Source: the human T2T-CHM13v2.0 reference genome, Homo sapiens
Assembly: GCF_009914755.1 (NCBI RefSeq)
Contig: NC_060935.1
Length of the DNA stretch: 64,000 nt
Direction: 5' to 3' (one strand)
A program made the position numbers and the translations under genes. The notes under the pieces are model-generated. The model was not told the origin of the DNA and did no database searches. It saw nothing but the letters and a program-made list of their open reading frames with translations. Shown here piece after piece: positions 57,809 to 64,000 of the stretch; within the stretch, counting starts at the first letter, position 1, and every line of letters begins with the position of its first letter.

Positions 57809-58438
57809 GTAAGAACTTCTTATTTTCTACTTTTCATAAGAATTGCTCAAGCACACAAGATTATTTTAACTGTGCCTTAAATAATGCTTCAATAAATAGA
57901 GTACATTACTTACTAAGCTTTTAATAACACATGATATTTTATTACAATGATCATTAAATTTCACCAGTAGAATTCAATATATTTTTATGCAGATTAGCTT
58001 GGTATCTGCTAAAGAGACCTTTAAAAGAAATGATAATGGTTACTTTGCTACGATACCACTTGTCAAATTAAATAATTTTCTCTGTCTAAATGATAAATGC
58101 TACTTTATAGACAAAGATAGCCAATATTTGGATATTATAAGAATGATCTAAACTAATAGCTTATGTTCTCTAATTTTAAGAATAACTGTATATAATGGCT
58201 ATATAAGCAAATCTTTTAAATGGGAGTAATCCAAATTTTTAAAAATTATGTCAACTTTTCACATATCATATAGAAATGGCTAACAAACAAGATACACATA
58301 TTTTTATGAAATTCTTAAAGGTCTGAGAGAAATCCTTTTAGATATCTTGGCAAGGCTCATTGAATATGTCTTGTTAACCATGTAGTGTAGGGGGTAGATT
58401 ATGTATGGAGCGGCCCAGCCTCTCTTGCTTTATTATAG

Positions 58439-58823
<385 letters not shown>

Positions 58824-59814
58824 TCCTTTTTCTATTTTTATGACACTTTTTTTTAATGACTATCTTGCGCTTGAAACAGGAAAGAAACTAAAGGATGCAA
58901 AAGAGATTCAGATCTACCCATTCTTTCCGTATGGCAAGTGGACTGTCAGACTTTGAGACAGGAATTTTCGGTCTTTAGTGAACTGGGTTTGGTTGTGGAT
59001 CTGAGATATTAAAATACAGCAAAATACTGTGAACCATGATTATATTGTGTTTCTTAGATAAAGTATAATCTTGCGACTTAATGGATTATCATGAAAATAC
59101 TGAGAAATTTTGACTTGTCTTTTTCATTGCTTTTTAGTAGGCTGTTTTAGTAGAGTGTTTCACTATTTTTTATAAAAATATAAAATTTAAGACAAATATA
59201 TTCTGATATTAATTACTATAAGAGAAAAAAACTTAGGATTATGAGATAACTAAGTACAGTGAAATGTACAATGAGACTCTAATGACTTTTATAGCAAATA
59301 GGTTTTGTCATCTATTCTTACAAACAATAGAATTGAGGGGAAAAAAATCAATGTGTTATATGTAGATTATCATTCCAGAAATGAGTTGCTGACATTGGCA
59401 ATTAAAATAAATAAATCAATACAAGATGGAATGAATTAATATTTGTAATACTACAAAGGATATCGTAAACAGCCCTAGGAGATGGCAGTGTATTTAAGTT
59501 ATCTAGCGTTCCAGTATATGAAGTAGAAAACCATTTTTGTTTGCAGTAGGGACTAGAACCATCACTTTCACTAAAAATCAGCAAGTTTTATTATATGTGG
59601 TTGATATCTTTGTAACACATGATTAGATCAGTGGCTGCCATGGACATACATTATAATACAGTGTATTAATATGGATTCTATTGACTTATTCATTTATCCC
59701 TAAAGGACTATTACTTATAACACTAGAGTAGTTTTTATTTTATTGAGCCAATCAACAACTATTTTTGAGAGCTATGTGCATAAGATTCTCAAATGTGAAG
59801 TCAATCCAGAATCA

Positions 59815-60165
59815 AAATGAAAAATTACATCAACATCATACTTAAGGTTGAAAGACTGAATGATTTTCCCCTAAAATCAGGAACAAGATAAGAGTGTCCT
59901 CTCTCACCACTTCTATTGAACGTTGTACTGAAGGTTCTATTACAGATATTTAGGTAAAATCAATAAAAGGCATCCAGATTGAAAAAGAAGATTATATGTA
60001 TATAAAAATACTAAGGAATCAAAAAATATTTATAGAACTAGTAAGTTCCACAGGGTTGCAGAATGCAAGGTGAATATACAACAGTTTATTGTATGTCTAT
60101 ATGCTAGCAATAATATTCTAAAAATTAAACCAAGAAAATATTTCATTGATAATTTACAATTACAA
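59815..60165 (+). mobile_element. Old L1M ORF2 fragment
   Basis: catcatacttaaggttgaaagactgaatg.tttcccctaaaatcaggaacaag...ctctcaccacttctatt...aaaaggcatccagattg. Confidence 0.8.
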
Positions 60166-61329
60166 TTTACAATTAATGGAGAACTGCTATACTTAAACCA
60201 ACTCATCAAGGGTGATTTAACAGTATTAGTAAAAAACTGATTTCTACAATAACAATTCTTACTTGTGATGTTTACAAATATTCCAGAATATTTAAAATAT
60301 TCTGTAGTCATAATGTAGAATATAAAAGCAGAAGGTATGAAGTCCAACTCATATTTACCAAAAAGAGAACAATGAAATTCAGCAGACATCAATATGGGAT
60401 GCATGAAATTGGGTCATGAATTTACAGACATGCATTTTTGTAAAAGTCAAGGACCTCCCTTATTTAAACAAGGTTAACTCCCTGGAGAAACTGAGTTTAA
60501 ATATAGGTGTTCTTTAGATTCTTTAAAAATGATAATCTTTTAAACCAAGAAACAAAGTAAGGAATGTCACTGAAATATTGGCTTCATAATGGTCTTTAAA
60601 TTTTTGAGCTGAAATACAGAAAGCAGATTTCATGTAATTAAACAAAATAATAGGCAATTTCTTTGTGAATAAGGATGCAAATAGGTTATGAATGCTCTCT
60701 GGCATTATTTTAAATTGTCTTGTCATTAACTACAAGTTGAACTTTTCTTCTTCAATTAACAACCATTCAATCTCCTTCATCATTCTATCCTGATAAAATG
60801 AGAATACATTGATGTATTCTATGCCCCTCTGATCTTAGCTTTTGGAGCTATTGCAGTGTACTGGCATCTCACCTCCAACCAGGCCAAAAGAAGTAGAAAT
60901 CCTTTCCCTTAATACTCAAGCCTGAACCTGCAGAAGGTCCAAGAGGAGCCACAGGGAGCTAACATCATCTGAACAGCATGAGCTATGCCTGATATCTAAT
61001 TGAATGGGCATGCCCCTCCCTGATTCTTGAAATTTCTCTGATTATCTCTGCCACTATATTTAACAATTGCACATTAAGTGTGAGTAAAACTTGCTAGAAA
61101 TGAAAGATTGCTGCGATTCTTTTTTCTTTTCTATGTCCTATATGGGATTTGTATGTAGGTGCATGTATGTTTTATTAAACCCATCATCTAGAGGTACTGG
61201 TGAAAGCGTATGATATCGCAATAGGTTAAGCTCTGTTCCAAAAATTTCCCAGAGAAGTAGAGGCAGGAAAACCTTATCTGTCAGTTGGTTTATCCTAGTC
61301 TGTTTCTTAGAGATTCAAGTAAGAAAATT

Positions 61330-62150
61330 GCTTCCCTAATTTGCCCCTAGACTTTCTCTTTCCTAGTTCTTCTTTCATTTAGCTGCCAGTTGTTTTTTAA
61401 AGACAAGTATGATGATATCGTTTGCTTAAATCTTTGATTGGCCCCAGGCTGCAAATACAGTAAAAGACATCAGATTTTTCATGACCTGATTCCCCATGGG
61501 GTTTCCAGACTTACTTGCTAATACGTGTCTCACTTCTCCTCAGAGTTTGGATGTCTCTCCAAATGACATATTGTCCCAACTCTGAGTCATTGCCCCAATT
61601 TTTACCACCATCTTTCAGAGTAAGCATTGAAAACCTAAGCACTGCTCTACTTAAATATTTTAGGAAAAAGGATTTGCACTCTTGAACTTAATGCACAAAG
61701 CCCTTTAAGATTTTATCCCTACTTGACCCCACAGTTTTTCCCACTCCACCCCACAACTATCCCTTCTTCAGACCAAACTAATTCCCAGACACCTAATGCT
61801 GCTTTCCTCTTCCCAGTTTTGTTTAGGCTGTTATCTCTATCAGGAGGTGTTTACCCCACCCAATCCTAGTCAGTGGTTACAATTACGTCTAGAAAGCTAT
61901 CCCTAAATATCCACTTTGATAGTCCCTCCTCTGGGTTCTCAAACTACCCTGTGTACTCATAGTATAGAACTTATTCTTGTTTTTTCATTTATCAAATTAT
62001 TATTTTATAACCCCTCTGTAACAGGTACTGTCCAACATCCCACGGCACAACTGCAAATAAAACACTGCAAGCTCACTGAAGGCAGGAACAATGTCCCTTT
62101 TGTTAACCTTATGAAAGAGTCCTTATCCCTATTCTTTATCTGCTGAACTC
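61330..62150 (+). mobile_element. L2 fragments
   Basis: tgcttaaatcttt...aaagccctttaagattt...actgcaagctcactgaaggcaggaacaatgtc. Confidence 0.5.
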
Positions 62151-63629
62151 CTGCTTATCCTCTAGCACCCAGCTTATGTTATTGTAATTGTTTTTGTTAT
62201 TATAATTGCTTTAATTTGGCCTTGAAAAAGATTTTTAATAGATACAAAAATGAGGTTCAGTGTAATTTACCCAAGATCTCGCAGATCTGAATTCTCAAAG
62301 AAAAGTTTGAAGCTCTGGCCTGTCTGATTGCAAAGAATAAATACACAAAAAAATAAATAACTTAGGGAATAATGCCACCAAGTGACCATTTACTTAATCA
62401 TCTCCCACAGCACCCGTCAGGGGGACCTAATATTAAACACATTGCTCTGTATTGATATTCACTCCTCTACCAGTCAAATAATTTAAATATGGCCACCAAT
62501 AGCAAAAAGGAACAGTTGACATTTGTCCCATTACCAAGACAATTTCTTAGAATCTTGTTCTCCTTTAGATTTTTTATTTAAAAAGTATTATTTAATTTAC
62601 ATCTAGGAGAACACCTGGCTCAATCATTAAAAAGATATAAAATTACAAAATGTTCTGGATATATAATTAAAGATGAACTGAACCTATTTCTTACCTATCC
62701 TCCACCATGTCACACACATATACCACTCACGCCTCATTCAGAACATAAAGGAAATTAAACATTAGGATACAGAGAGCAAAGTGACTTGTTTGCATTTAGG
62801 TGTTTGATTAGTTTCAGAATGGAGAGTAGACATGCTTCCCAAAATTTGCAGTCTAGCACATTTTTATTGACGTGCAGTGACCCTAGTTAAGATTCCATCA
62901 ACTTGGCGACATTGTTTTACTTTTGTGCTTCCCGTTTTTTAACTTTTCTGCATTGAGCATGTCTGACTCTACCATCTATCTACATGCATATGAAAAGTAC
63001 ATACTTTAAGTCAATTTCTTAACTAATTTTTACAACATGGTAAGCTAGCAATTCCCCCATTCTATTTGACATTCCTTCCATTAATTGCACCAGAGCTATC
63101 TCAATATAATTTAGTCAACCTACGAAACTGAAATGCAAAATACAGCAGAAATGTTACCTGAATTAAGTAGAACTTAAAGAATAAGCATTTATTAAACAGT
63201 GATGATAGACCTGTAAATTTACATAAATAGTCATCAGGATATCTGATACCTATAATTTTAAACATTTTATTTTCCCCCAAAAGATGTATGAACTACAAAT
63301 AGAAATTAAAGAAAAACCAAGTTGGACGTTAATCTAGAGAGTGGTAATTAACCATTGTGAAATTCAAGCAAAGTAGTGGCCCATTTTAACAAGAGAAAGC
63401 CTTTCCCATGATCTCCCCCTGCCCTCAGAGACTTTATTTACTGAAGTCACTTAACCACTGATTTCTTCCTGACTATGGAGTGAATAATTTTATTACAATG
63501 TTGCCCAGGAACTCTCAGATCCACTGTATTCTTTGGATAAAAATTGAAATCAAAATGGCCACCAAAATAAATGTTTCTGAGAAAACTGCTTCACTGTCTA
63601 GATCCTATCAATTTTCTATATGAAATTGT

Positions 63630-63698
63630 AAGAAAATATATGAAAGAAATATATGAAAGAAAATATATGTAAGAAAATATGTATGAAAATATATGAAA
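63630..63698 (+). repeat. Short minisatellite, ~13-14-nt unit aagaaaatatatg x ~5
   Basis: aagaaaatatatg-a-aagaaatatatg-a-aagaaaatatatg-t-aagaaaatatgtatg-aaaatatatg. Confidence 0.8.
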
Positions 63699-64000
63699 AA
63701 TATTGCCTGTACTCAAAACAGACATAGCTGAAATTAACTGAGCCACCCACTATTCATTGAAATCATAACTGACAATGGTTTATAATCAGACATGGCAATT
63801 TTTCCCTTTACTTTCAGCATAAGAACAGGATGGACTCGAAAATGTGAACTATTATTTATCAGCTAGACTTTACATCAGATGATTTTTCTGAAGGCTGCAG
63901 CTTTGCCTCTTTATGCTGCAGCTGTGGATAACGCTATGAAAGAAGGTTTGGCAGACCTTCTATTTCAGCCATGTTTGAAAGAAAATAATAATGTCATCAA

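Noticed and set aside
62370-62430. Additional CTCF-like motifs (tgccaccaagtgacc; ccgtcagggggac)
   Set aside because: Each has two or more core mismatches.

Overview
Human-type (primate) genomic DNA: AT-rich, CpG-poor and dense in repeats, with an AluYa5 pointing to human origin. The window lies inside GRIA4 (AMPA receptor subunit GluA4), transcribed on the + strand. Only two coding exons are present: 32276-32460 (185 nt; (G)[26 protein letters not shown]...LQNILEQ) and 57755-57808 (54 nt; IVSVGKHVKGYHYIIANL). Both encode the N-terminal LIVBP-like domain, and from memory they are exons 5 and 6. The rest is intron: a full-length, ORF-disrupted antisense L1PA7-like element (~43171-49592), a twin-primed L1PA4-like insertion, six Alus, solo MaLR/ERVL LTRs, hAT DNA-transposon fossils, many L2/MIR/L3 fragments and microsatellites. 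All other listed ORFs are repeat-derived or chance ORFs. I see no new gene or self-contained novel system. The best leads are: (1) a young AluYa5 that is the only antisense Alu and so creates inverted Alu pairs around the exons; (2) a 100%-identical 116-bp tandem duplication in an old MER1B that doubles a pair of STAT/GAS motifs; (3) a consensus GTAAGT donor 3 nt inside the 54-nt exon; (4) an L1 antisense promoter aimed at that exon; (5) an AP-1/MEF2/TAAT motif cluster. Repeat subfamily calls and old-repeat boundaries are by eye from remembered consensus sequences.
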